Assembly (NCBI GenBank): GCA_030583785.1 | Contig: CP129475.1 | Coordinates: forward strand, 914,209-978,208 | DNA: 64,000 bases | Source of the DNA: Candidatus Dojkabacteria bacterium | GTDB lineage: Bacteria > Patescibacteriota > Dojkabacteria > B142 > OLB20 | Reading direction: 5' to 3' | Shown: one piece after another, positions 17,987 through 28,600 of the stretch | Layout: each line of letters starts with the position of its first letter | Numbering within the stretch: position 1 is the stretch's first letter | Program-made: the position numbers and the translations under genes | Notes under the pieces: generated by a model | What the model was told of the DNA's origin: nothing | The model's input: the letters and a program-made list of their open reading frames with translations, nothing else | The model's database searches: none

Positions 17987-19627
17987 ATGAATGATGAGAA
18001 CCCACTTGAACAAGCACAGTACAAAGAGGCATTACTAAAATACGCCCACGCTTACACGCTCAAAAAGCAGAAAAATAAAAGCGAGAAACAACTTTCCGAT
18101 TCTAAACGCTACTATGTTATCTACGCCCGCAAATCCACCGAGGATGATAAACGACAAGTGCAATCCATAGAGGACCAAATCGAACAATGTCAGAAGTTTG
18201 CTAAAAGGGAGAATTTAGAGGTAGTTGATATTGTCCAAGAAGACAAAAGTGCAAAAACCGCTGGTAGACGTCCGAAATTTGCGGCAATGTTGGAACGGTT
18301 AAGGAAAGGTGATTTATACAACAGTATCCTGGCATGGCATCCAGACCGTTTAGCGCGCAATATGAAGGAAAGTGGAGAGATACTGGACCTGCTCGATAAC
18401 GACATTATTGTCGACCTTAAATTTCCATCTTACTCATTCAACAATGATGCTGCGGGCAAAATGACTCTAAGTATTTTGTTCGCGATGGCAAAGGAATTTT
18501 CCGACAAGTTATCAGAGGATACGAAGCGCGGTATTCGTAAAAAGATTCGCGAAGGTAAATATTCAGGCACAGGCAAACGTGGTTATATGGTGAACAAGCA
18601 CGAATATTTTAGACCCGATGACAGCAACTTCGCAATATATCAAAAGGCATGGCAGGAATACAGTAGTGGCAAAACGCAAAGTGAAATTATCCGCGGCTTA
18701 AAGGAACAAGGTGAGAAAATTTCCACAAATGGTATGTCAGAATACTTCCAAGACCCTTTTGTAGCTGGCATTTATACTTACGGTGAGCAGGTAGTTGACC
18801 TCGAAAAAGTAGACCCTAAATTTACGCCTATGATAGGTCCCAAGGAGTTTTTAATGGCACAAAAGATAAACAGGCCTAATCCACGCGGTTGGTGCATGAA
18901 CGATGAATTCAAACCACTAAATGACCTAGTCTTGTGTGCTGATTGTGGCAACCCAATGATTGCTGGTTTGAGTGAAGGTAATCGTTATCGATACCTAAAC
19001 CTGACTTGTAGCAATCGGGCTTGTAAGGAGAAAAGGCGAGAGAAAAAGATTAAACCAGTATCCAACACCATACGCGCATTCGAGATAATCGACTTTGCCC
19101 GTAGAGTGTTTGATGAATTGCTAAATATTGACCAAGCTACTTACGACAAGGCCAAGAAAAAGTATTTCACCGAACGCAGTGCGGTCATTAAAGGATTGGT
19201 TGCAGAGTCTGCAAAGTTGAAAGCTAGCAAATCCAAACTCGAAACTAAGTCCTCCAAACTAAGCGACCAGATACTCGAAAAGCACAGTGAAGATGTCAAA
19301 CAAAAGTTCTCAGAGGAATTTACAAGCGTGCTTGCGCAGATTAGAAATATTGACGCAAGTTTAGTTACCTTGGAACAAAAAAAGCGGGATTTGGAATTTG
19401 AAATCGAAGATGAATTTCCTGACTTCAAGACGTTTCTGAACTTCTTTGAAAACATATCGGCCACAATAGAATCCACCGATAATGCCTATCTTGTCGACCA
19501 ACTAGTGAAATTGGTATTTCTGAACCTAACTGTAAGTGAGAAAAAGGTTGTTAAATATACCCTTCGCGAGCCTTTCAAAACCTATGAGAACCTGAATTTC
19601 CTTGTTGGGGTGGTTGACAGGACTTGA
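17987..19627 (+). CDS. Large serine recombinase (integrase)
   Basis: Resolvase catalytic domain YVIYARKSTEDDKRQVQSIEDQ with the nucleophile Ser. The 546-aa length and a Cys-rich recombinase/zinc-ribbon region (CADCGNPM...CSNRAC) fit a large serine recombinase. Its 3' end overlaps the tRNA-His 3' end. Confidence 0.85.
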   Translation: MNDENPLEQAQYKEALLKYAHAYTLKKQKNKSEKQLSDSKRYYVIYARKSTEDDKRQVQSIEDQIEQCQKFAKRENLEVVDIVQEDKSAKTAGRRPKFAAMLERLRKGDLYNSILAWHPDRLARNMKESGEILDLLDNDIIVDLKFPSYSFNNDAAGKMTLSILFAMAKEFSDKLSEDTKRGIRKKIREGKYSGTGKRGYMVNKHEYFRPDDSNFAIYQKAWQEYSSGKTQSEIIRGLKEQGEKISTNGMSEYFQDPFVAGIYTYGEQVVDLEKVDPKFTPMIGPKEFLMAQKINRPNPRGWCMNDEFKPLNDLVLCADCGNPMIAGLSEGNRYRYLNLTCSNRACKEKRREKKIKPVSNTIRAFEIIDFARRVFDELLNIDQATYDKAKKKYFTERSAVIKGLVAESAKLKASKSKLETKSSKLSDQILEKHSEDVKQKFSEEFTSVLAQIRNIDASLVTLEQKKRDLEFEIEDEFPDFKTFLNFFENISATIESTDNAYLVDQLVKLVFLNLTVSEKKVVKYTLREPFKTYENLNFLVGVVDRT

Positions 19628-19682
19628 ACCTGCGGCATCCAGTGCCACAAACTGGCGCTCTACCGACTGAGCTACAACCACC
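19605..19682 (-). tRNA. tRNA-His (anticodon GTG), CCA encoded
   Basis: Reverse complement GGTGGTTGTAGCTCAGTCGGTAGAGCGCCAGTTTGTGGCACTGGATGCCGCAGGTTCAAGTCCTGTCAACCACCCCA forms a cloverleaf. The anticodon loop is TTGTGGC (GTG), and the usual His-specific extra 5' G / C73 arrangement is present. Confidence 0.85.
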
Positions 19683-19829
19683 ATAATACTCCGTCAATTA
19701 TAGCAAAAGATCCGCAATCCTTGCTAAATTTCTGCGATGTAATATTAATCTGCAACCATCTTCTCAGCTAGGTTTGAACTGCCAAGTAATATTAGTCTAA
19801 TATGGTGTCATACTCTTCAACATGTAAAT

Positions 19830-21260
19830 ATGGATAATCAAAAAGCAGATATTGGATTTATTGGACTGGCTGTAATGGGACAGAATCTGGTGCAAAATAT
19901 CGCCTCTAAAGGCTTCTCTGTCGCTGTCTATAATAGAACTGCTGCTATAACCAGAGAGTATATCGAAACTGTCGATTCTGAGAATATTTCTCCTGCTTAT
20001 TCCTTATCTGATTTATGTAATTCGATAAAATCACCAAAAAGGATCATGCTTATGGTCAAAGCAGGAGAAGCTGTTGACGAAGTTATCGATCAATTACTGC
20101 CAAATCTTCACAAAGGAGATGCATTGTTAGATATGGGTAATTCCAATTACAAAGATACGCAAAGACGAACGCACCAATTAACCGAAAAGGGGATTCTCTA
20201 TTCTGGTGTAGGTGTTTCAGGCGGAGAAGAAGGTGCCTTAAATGGTCCGAGTATTATGTTTGGAGGCTCTAAAGAGTTGTTTACTGAAGTTGAAGCGCTT
20301 ATAAAAAGTATTTCTGCTATGGATTTTCAGGGAGCTGCTACACTTACCTATGTTGGGCCGGACGGAGCAGGTCACTATGCCAAGATGGTGCATAACGGAA
20401 TCGAATATGCCATGATGCAGGCGATTTCTGAGGCGTATTTTCTGCTTAGAGATGTTTTCCACAAAGATCCCTCAGAAATCGCCGCAGTATTCGCTAATCT
20501 AAATGAAGGTCCTCTCAATTCCTATCTCATACAAATAACTGCTGATGTGCTTAACAAGCGAGACGATCTTACCGAAGGATTCTTAATAGATAAGATTCTC
20601 GATGTCGCGGAACAAAAAGGAACCGGCTCTTGGGTTTCTATCTCTGCCCTAGAGAATGGAACTGCACTAAATATTCTCACCGAAGCGGTCTTTGCACGCA
20701 GTCTGTCTGCAGACAAACAAACAAGGATCAAACTTGCTGAATTATCAACCAAGAACGAGCTTGAAAAAAATTCACGAGACAAAAACTTGCCAGATGACAA
20801 GCAACTGCATAAACTCGTCGAGGATTCGTTGCTTGTTTCGTTTTATTTGGCCTTTATCCAAGGATTTCACTTGTTAGCTAAGGCTGAAGCAGAAAACAAC
20901 TGGCAGATTAATCTTTCTGAACTGACAAGAATCTGGCAAGGGGGGTGCATCATTAGGGCAGAGCTTCTTAAAGACCTAAAAAGATATACAGAGACAAAGG
21001 CTGTACTTATTGAAAATGAAGAATTGTTTAAGATGATTAACGGTAAAATTCCGTCACTTCGAGAACTGGCACTAATGGCGACATCGCATGCTTTGCCCTT
21101 GCCGGTAATGCAAAACAGTTTGCTTTATTTCGACAGCATGATAAATCCCAATTTACCTACCAATTTAATCCAGGGTCTGCGAGATTATTTTGGAGCGCAT
21201 ACATATAAACGAACTGACAGAGAAGGAATCTTCCATACAAACTGGGACGATCAGAACTAA
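19830..21260 (+). CDS. gnd: 6-phosphogluconate dehydrogenase (decarboxylating)
   Basis: The N-terminal Rossmann segment IGFIGLAVMGQNLVQNIASKGFSVAVYNRT is present, with the Gnd catalytic and C-terminal domains over the full 476-aa length. Confidence 0.9.
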   Translation: MDNQKADIGFIGLAVMGQNLVQNIASKGFSVAVYNRTAAITREYIETVDSENISPAYSLSDLCNSIKSPKRIMLMVKAGEAVDEVIDQLLPNLHKGDALLDMGNSNYKDTQRRTHQLTEKGILYSGVGVSGGEEGALNGPSIMFGGSKELFTEVEALIKSISAMDFQGAATLTYVGPDGAGHYAKMVHNGIEYAMMQAISEAYFLLRDVFHKDPSEIAAVFANLNEGPLNSYLIQITADVLNKRDDLTEGFLIDKILDVAEQKGTGSWVSISALENGTALNILTEAVFARSLSADKQTRIKLAELSTKNELEKNSRDKNLPDDKQLHKLVEDSLLVSFYLAFIQGFHLLAKAEAENNWQINLSELTRIWQGGCIIRAELLKDLKRYTETKAVLIENEELFKMINGKIPSLRELALMATSHALPLPVMQNSLLYFDSMINPNLPTNLIQGLRDYFGAHTYKRTDREGIFHTNWDDQN

Positions 21261-21282
21261 AGGCTGCGGATATGTTCAAGCA
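21255..21282. repeat. Left copy of a 28-bp perfect direct repeat (aactaaaggctgcggatatgttcaagca) flanking the CRISPR-Cas cassette
   Basis: Identical 28-mer at 21255-21282 and 29750-29777. The left copy contains the gnd codon AAC plus stop TAA and abuts the truncated terminal CRISPR repeat. Confidence 0.75.
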
Positions 21283-23611
21283 ACAGTAGAAATCTCTTAT
21301 AAGGAATAAGGTTATTCATAAGCTGAAAAAGGTCGCAGAAATCTACAACAGTAGAAACCTCTTATAAGGAATAAGGAGGAGAGGTATCAGTCGCTCAAGT
21401 CATCTACAACAGTAGAAATCTCTTATAAGGAATAAGAATCTGGCAGTTGCGTTAGACAATACGATCTACAACAGTAGAAATCTCTTATAAGGAATAAGAA
21501 TAAATTATTAATTACCCACCATGAGAATCTACAACAGTAGAAATCTCTTATAAGGAATAAGTTTTAATTATTAGCGAATAAGTATGGATCTACAACAGTA
21601 GAAATCTCTTATAAGGAATAAGCTAGTAAATTTCCTGATATATTTTACAGCATCTACAACAGTAGAAATCTCTTATAAGGAATAAGTCATATTTATAGAA
21701 TACACACTTATTATCTACAACAGTAGAAATCTCTTATAAGGAATAAGCTCGTAACAGATATGTTGACAGCTCTAATCTACAACAGTAGAAATCTCTTATA
21801 AGGAATAAGTCCATAAATCAAATTACTAACATCTCTATCTACAACAGTAGAAATCTCTTATAAGGAATAAGATGTTGTTCGCCATAGTTTTCTAAAATCT
21901 ACAACAGTAGAAATCTCTTATAAGGAATAAGAGTAGACAAGTTTCGTGACGATGCAGAGTATCTACAACAGTAGAAATCTCTTATAAGGAATAAGTGCAA
22001 ACTTCAATTTTCACTTCAACATTTATCTACAACAGTAGAAATCTCTTATAAGGAATAAGATATATATATATTGAGGTTTATTCTTTAAATCTACAACAGT
22101 AGAAATCTCTTATAAGGAATAAGTACTTGGATTTTTATAGTTAACGCATTTATCTACAACAGTAGAAATCTCTTATAAGGAATAAGTGATGAGATAGCAA
22201 TGTTTGCAGGAATTATCTACAACAGTAGAAATCTCTTATAAGGAATAAGGCTACATTCTTATTCATTCTCAGAATTATCTACAACAGTAGAAATCTCTTA
22301 TAAGGAATAAGAAATCAAATAGTTTTTGGTATCTGTTTATCTACAACAGTAGAAATCTCTTATAAGGAATAAGTTCGCGACGATGCAGAGGCAAAAATTA
22401 TCTACAACAGTAGAAATCTCTTATAAGGAATAAGACAAGTATATCAGACCGACGGGACAAAATCTACAACAGTAGAAATCTCTTATAAGGAATAAGATTC
22501 TGCCAGTACCTTCTCAATTAATCCATCTACAACAGTAGAAATCTCTTATAAGGAATAAGACTGGAGAGTTTACTGGACAGGTTAATCTACAACAGTAGAA
22601 ATCTCTTATAAGGAATAAGATCACAGACACAGTTTCGCTTTAGTATCTACAACAGTAGAAATCTCTTATAAGGAATAAGATCACTGTATATAGAGCTGTT
22701 ACTGAATCTACAACAGTAGAAATCTCTTATAAGGAATAAGCGTATTTATACACCGACGGTTCCTTGGATCTACAACAGTAGAAATCTCTTATAAGGAATA
22801 AGTGCATGGTTTTTTCCTAAATAACTAAAATCTACAACAGTAGAAATCTCTTATAAGGAATAAGATTGGAAGATGTTTCAGCAAGATTTCGAATCTACAA
22901 CAGTAGAAATCTCTTATAAGGAATAAGGCTATTGGTAAAAAAGCTTAATCATAATATCTACAACAGTAGAAATCTCTTATAAGGAATAAGTTAGGCGTGT
23001 GTTATCCACATTTGAAATCTACAACAGTAGAAATCTCTTATAAGGAATAAGAGCAATAGACTGGGGAGGATATTCCTAATCTACAACAGTAGAAATCTCT
23101 TATAAGGAATAAGCATTATTTCTATCAATTTCAATGTTTATATCTACAACAGTAGAAATCTCTTATAAGGAATAAGATTCTGTTGCCGTCTTCAAGTTCG
23201 GCAAATCTACAACAGTAGAAATCTCTTATAAGGAATAAGCTTATTATTATTTAGCCATTGAATTTGATCTACAACAGTAGAAATCTCTTATAAGGAATAA
23301 GTGGAATATATTTTATCCTCTTATATGATCTACAACAGTAGAAATCTCTTATAAGGAATAAGAATGGATATATTAATTAATAACTAACGGATCTACAACA
23401 GTAGAAATCTCTTATAAGGAATAAGAGAAATAAAAGAGGGAGCAATCTTAATCTACAACAGTAGAAATCTCTTATAAGGAATAAGTTAGAGTTTATACGA
23501 AGTTTGCACATCGAATCTACAACAGTAGAAATCTCTTATAAGGAATAAGTCATACTAGTCTTGTTAATCCTAACAAATCTACAACAGTAGAAATCTCTTA
23601 TAAGGAATAAG
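21281..23611 (-). CRISPR. Type V-A CRISPR array: 38 repeats (one truncated terminal, 37 full) of 35 nt, 37 spacers of 26-29 nt
   Basis: Plus-strand repeat is ATCTACAACAGTAGAAATCTCTTATAAGGAATAAG. Its reverse complement ends ...AGAUUUCUACUGUUGUAGAU, the Cas12a crRNA 5' handle and pseudoknot. The leader and cas genes lie on the high-coordinate side, so transcription is on the minus strand. The distal repeat (21339-21373) carries one SNP, and the terminal repeat (21281-21310) lacks 5 nt. Confidence 0.95.
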
Positions 23612-23809
23612 AGCCATTTTCTTGATATAAAAGGAGATTCGATACAACCGATATTTACCGGGACGGATTCATATCATATTAAGAATAATGGGAAAAGCCT
23701 TAATTATCAACCTTATTGACGAATAGTATGGCTCGTCTGCTTAAAAATTAAGACTGAGGTTTGTTTTCCTTAGAAACGATTTATACCGTTAACTTGTCAA
23801 AGAGCTATT
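23612..23809 (-). promoter_or_regulatory. CRISPR leader (AT-rich, about 198 bp) between cas2 and the first repeat
   Basis: AT-rich non-coding stretch in the canonical position cas2-leader-array. It contains TTGATA and TATTCT/TAATAT hexamers in the transcript orientation. Confidence 0.55.
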
Positions 23810-24091
23810 CTAATCAAAGTATACCACATCCTCCTCTTCGTAATGTGCAGCACCATACTTGCGGATCTTCTTTTGGCAAGCTTCACATATCTCCATTACA
23901 AGGATATGATCTGTCAAATCAGCTTTTGTCATATGCTTTTTTTCGATACCCTCTATAACCAATCTTAATAGTCGTTTGCTATTGCGTATCTCGTAAACAG
24001 AGTACTGCAAAGCATGACCAAACTTTTTAAGGAACTTAGAGAATCTGGTTCTCCTTTTATTATCAGCGATATCGTATGTGACTAGAATCAT
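23810..24091 (-). CDS. cas2: CRISPR-associated endoribonuclease Cas2
   Basis: 93 aa with N-terminus MILVTYDIADNKRRTRFSKFL (Cas2 signature). It overlaps cas1 by 4 nt. Confidence 0.9.
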   Translation of the reverse strand: MILVTYDIADNKRRTRFSKFLKKFGHALQYSVYEIRNSKRLLRLVIEGIEKKHMTKADLTDHILVMEICEACQKKIRKYGAAHYEEEDVVYFD

Positions 24092-25041
24092 TTGTATATA
24101 TATTGTTTAAAATGATATCTGTTTGGATCCATTATATGTTTATAAAAATTCTTAATATATGTATAAATATCTTCACGATTTCTCATTAATTCTTCAAAGA
24201 ACATATTAGTATATTTTCTATGGAAATCTTTCTTGATTAAGAATTCTCCATCTTTGAAATAGAAATCTTTCTCATTAATCTGACCAAGGTTCCAAGCTTT
24301 TACGAGCTTATAATCAATAATTGGGCGTAAAGGTTCCATTACATCGCAAGACAATGATTTCCTAATGAAAAATGGTTTATGATAGTAACCCATATAAGTA
24401 TCAAAGCCAAACAGTCTTAGTAACGAGTCAACATAGTTAAATAAATATGTGTATCCAATATCTAACAACAAGTTTGGAATATCCTCCTTTGTTCTGGGTG
24501 TTCTTCGATACCACTTCAGATTGTCAAACATCCGATTGAAATAACCCTTAGCCGCATTTCCTTCGAATCCAAGCATTGATTCTGTACTTTTTGCATTTGT
24601 TATGCCGTTGATTGAAGCAATATCTGTAATAACAATTCCTGTTCTTGTCTTTTGGAGAGCATTGTATTGATTCTGGACCTTATTGAGGACCAAGTTTCTA
24701 CTAATCTCTAAAGCAAATGAATCATTATGGTGATACTGTTTCTTTCTAAGGATGTAATTCCCTTCTGCTGCTGATGTGATTTCGGCATAAGTTTTTAAAG
24801 AGTCATTAAGCAGAAAAAGAGATATCCCATGTTCTCTCATCTGTTTAATCAATACACTAGTCAAACTTAATTCGCCGATATAATAGATTGCAAATATTAA
24901 GTGTGTTGAAACTTGATGAGTGAATCTATCATCTCTATATAGGCAGATATTGCTGTTCCTAAATTTGAGTTTGTTATCTAACCCTGGTCTATTACCAACA
25001 TGCAGTATCTTTTTTTCTTTGAAATCATTTAACTGTAGCAT
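24088..25041 (-). CDS. cas1: CRISPR-associated integrase Cas1
   Basis: 317 aa with Cas1 motifs, including the conserved His/Glu region (GFDTYMGYYHK...FFIRKSLSCDVMEPLRPIID). Confidence 0.9.
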   Translation of the reverse strand: MLQLNDFKEKKILHVGNRPGLDNKLKFRNSNICLYRDDRFTHQVSTHLIFAIYYIGELSLTSVLIKQMREHGISLFLLNDSLKTYAEITSAAEGNYILRKKQYHHNDSFALEISRNLVLNKVQNQYNALQKTRTGIVITDIASINGITNAKSTESMLGFEGNAAKGYFNRMFDNLKWYRRTPRTKEDIPNLLLDIGYTYLFNYVDSLLRLFGFDTYMGYYHKPFFIRKSLSCDVMEPLRPIIDYKLVKAWNLGQINEKDFYFKDGEFLIKKDFHRKYTNMFFEELMRNREDIYTYIKNFYKHIMDPNRYHFKQYIYK

Positions 25042-25589
25042 GTAGCCTTGTCACATAATGTAATGTAAATACAGTTCGAACATTTATTTGCTGAAACTGG
25101 TTTCGTCAACTGTGAAGGGTTATATTGTAGTATCGATTTCGTTAACAATCTCAAACTTACCTGTTCATATGCTGTCGGCAAAGGGATTGGATACCGTTTA
25201 TTGTCTATTAGTGAGTGGATGCACATTGACTTAACTTTATAACCCATTTCGGTTAAACAGACATATTGGGCATGCAGTTGGAGAATATATCCTGCGTAGA
25301 TCTTCTTCACTTTCCGTTTCCTTTCGACCAGAAGACCGGTAGATTTGTCGAAGATGTCAATCTTTCCAATTAAGTTATAGGTCTCACTATATATTGCTGT
25401 ACTCTTAAGTATGTTCTTTCTCGAGGAATACTTTTTTGTGTCTACTGCTTCGTGAGCGATTGTACCAAGTAACTGTGGAGTGTCCTGATATAAAGACTTG
25501 TCGAAAGATTCAAATATGGCGTGCAAATATAAAGAATAGGGGCAAAAGATGAAATCATTAAGTTTAGATATCTGTATAGCTCTTACCAT
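25029..25589 (-). CDS. cas4: CRISPR-associated exonuclease Cas4 (RecB-like nuclease, 4Fe-4S)
   Basis: An N-terminal Cys (FIFCPYSLYL), GTIAHE, GKIDIFD and a C-terminal CxxCxxxxxC cluster (CSNCIYITLC) are present. The 186-aa size is typical for type V-A Cas4. Confidence 0.85.
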   Translation of the reverse strand: MVRAIQISKLNDFIFCPYSLYLHAIFESFDKSLYQDTPQLLGTIAHEAVDTKKYSSRKNILKSTAIYSETYNLIGKIDIFDKSTGLLVERKRKVKKIYAGYILQLHAQYVCLTEMGYKVKSMCIHSLIDNKRYPIPLPTAYEQVSLRLLTKSILQYNPSQLTKPVSANKCSNCIYITLCDKATCYS

Positions 25590-25662
25590 ACAGATATTAT
25601 ACTATAAGACACTATTATTCCGAAGCCTATAGTTGATATGTTTTTATGGAACTATTTCTGAA

Positions 25663-28600
25663 TTATTCTCTTGATGCAAAATCATCCCATTCAAGATTTG
25701 AGATATACAAATCATTCCAACTTGGTGTTGCCGACTGACCATTAACTTGCATGAAACGTTTTACTTTTCTAATCATTACAACCCCTTTGCGTGCAATATT
25801 ATAAGCACCATTTTCATCGCCATTCTTTGGTAAATGCTTCCCAAATACTTCAGCCTTTCTACTGTCAAAGAAGGGTTCAACAGGCGAGAGTATGAAATCG
25901 TTCTCATCACCATCGGAATCGACTTTAGTGTTTCTTATTTGACAAATAAGTCCGAAATAGTAGATTAAGCTACGGAATAATTTAGAGTTATTCTTGTCTT
26001 CTTCATCAATGTCTTTAATTTGCTTTAGTAGGTCCTTGTTTATATCTACTTCATATTCTTCTAATACCTCTTTAATGCTTATAGTGATATTGTCATAGTG
26101 TTCGTATGCACCTTTATTATTATTCAGTTTTTTATCCCATTTGTATCGTTCAACATTTGAGCAGACAGTCCAGATATGTTTCTTTGGATACTCTTTAGCT
26201 TTAGGATAGAATTTTTTTAGATCATATGTAAATTTGAAATGGTCTTTTGTGTCATCGTACTCAATACTATCAAAATTTAATAGATCGATCTTTGCCATTT
26301 TTGCATTGGTATTTTTTAAATACAGATTTGGCCTCCAACCGGTAAGCGGATCAATCTTAGAAGTATACGCTGCTTGAGTATAAAAAATAATACCTGTTTG
26401 TTTACCTATTTCGTCAAAACTCCTAAATGGTGAGGTAAGTTGATATGCTTTGTGAATACCGCCTAACTCAGAGCGGTTATTATGAGTCTTGTCAGCTAGG
26501 TAATTAAGTTTCTCGATTAATCCTTTTTCCAGTTGTTGGTAAGTACTTTTTTCAAATCCACTTCGAATTTGTTTAAACCTCATATTCAAATCTTCCATAA
26601 CGATTATTGCTCCATGCTTAATTGCTAGGTCAGATATTTTTTTGACTAACAACGAAACATAACCTCGTTTTAGATCCTTTATCTTTTGAATCTCTTGCCA
26701 ATCTTTACGATCTCTTTCTCTATCGACTGCCCGGTCTGATAATAGTTTCTTGAAGTCAATGCCTTTGAGGTTATTTAATGATCCACTTTCAATTACCTCT
26801 CCATCTTGTGTAATCACTGAATAGTAGGCCAAGTGCTTTTCGCCTCTGTCAACACCAATGATGTTTATTGAATCATTACTTGCTAAGAGCTTACACACTA
26901 GATCGTTTACCCTAGTAACTCCCTTGTTGATCCGATTAAGTGTGATTGGAACATGGAAAAAGTACTTATTTTCTGAATACCTTGTGTTTATTACTCTCTT
27001 ATTTCCTTTTTTATCTACCCGCTCGCCCAGCTTGTCTTTGTCGGTCTTCGGTCTAAAGAACAGCTCTGCTTGACCATTTAGTTTAAAACGGTAATTATTA
27101 TCAAGATTCTCTTGTGAGAATAATTCTTCAAAGTAAATTGTGTGTAAGTTCTTCGTTCCTCTGCTCTCTTTTGAGAAATCTTTATTGTAAATTTGAAATA
27201 AATATAATTCACCTTTACTATTGCTTTCAATTATTTGACTCTCGGCAAAGGGTGTAAACCAAACCTTGTATCCTTTCTGGTTTAATTCTTTGTAGAATTC
27301 GTCAACGCTGTCATATTTTTCGGAATCTTTTATCAAAGAATAGTCAAAATATGCTGTACTTGGATAGCATTCGAGGAACTGTTTGCAGAAATCTATCCAT
27401 TTCTTTACAGCCTCTCTATGCAAAGTTTCATTTCCTCCTAACTTTAAGTACTCTTTCTGGAAGACTTTTATATAGTATTTTTCATCGTCACTATTAACTT
27501 CACCTCTTAAAACAGATCTTGATAGATCCTCTTTAAGATAAATACGGTTGTTTATCTCGTATATTTCTTTTGTGATTTTTAATGGATTAAGTAGATCACC
27601 TATAGAAGAAGTTTTCGTTAGAACATAATCATCATCAGAGTTTTGAAAGTGATTCGCAACCTCTTTTAATTGAGTTGTTGTCTTTGGTATGTTTGTTACT
27701 ACATCCTTCACAAATTTGTAATTCAGCAGTTCATAATGATTCGGTTCTACTTCAGCTTCTTGAGTATCTTTTGCCTTAGTAAATAATTTGTTGTAACCTT
27801 TCTTCATTATCCCTAGAAAGAACTCGTGATTTCTTCTAAGAATTACAGTTGAGTATGATGCCACCTTATTCTTATCCCAGCCATCAGCTAGAGTTGGATT
27901 GTCGAAGTTAAGCTTCCACTTTTCTTCGCTATATGGTTTTCTTGTTAAATAATTTCTAACCTTGTTATATGGTTGGACAATTTCCTCGTATGCGTTTGCG
28001 TAAAATTCCAGATAACCAATATCTGGTTCTGTATAGAATGTATCTAACATACTGTCGTATTCAGTTAACCAATTGCGTTTTTTTTCTAATGCAAAGTACA
28101 TCGCCATCTGATAGATATGTAAAACTGAATCCAGATAGTCTTTAATAATTTTTTTTGTATCTTTATTAATTCTAAATTCCTCTAGAAGTTTTACAAAAAC
28201 TGGTTCACTCTTACTGTAATCAATTTGATTTTCTTGATCTCGCTGTTTGTTAACAATCAATGAGTCAAACTCATACTTAAAGATGTCAACAAACTGCAAC
28301 CAATTTGGTTGTCCTGCTTGTGTTGCGGAAGTACCACTCTTTTCGTAGTACCGATCTTTCCATATTTCGTTCTCATCACCAATTGCAGTTAGAGCAGTTT
28401 TAATATCTTTTAGGGTAATGAACTGTGGAAAACGATATGTTTCTCCAACCTTATTGATACCTTCCACTGCATTTTCTTTCAGTGTATTGTAGAGCGCTTC
28501 TTCTAGTTGGCTTTTGTCGTTGATCCATCTATGAAGAATAGTATTGAAAGCTTCTTTGCTAATTAAGATTCCACCGATGTCATATTCTTCAGTACTCCTA

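Noticed and set aside
23761-23958. 65-aa plus-strand ORF within cas2
   Set aside because: Antisense to cas2, which has a canonical Cas2 sequence. Artefact.
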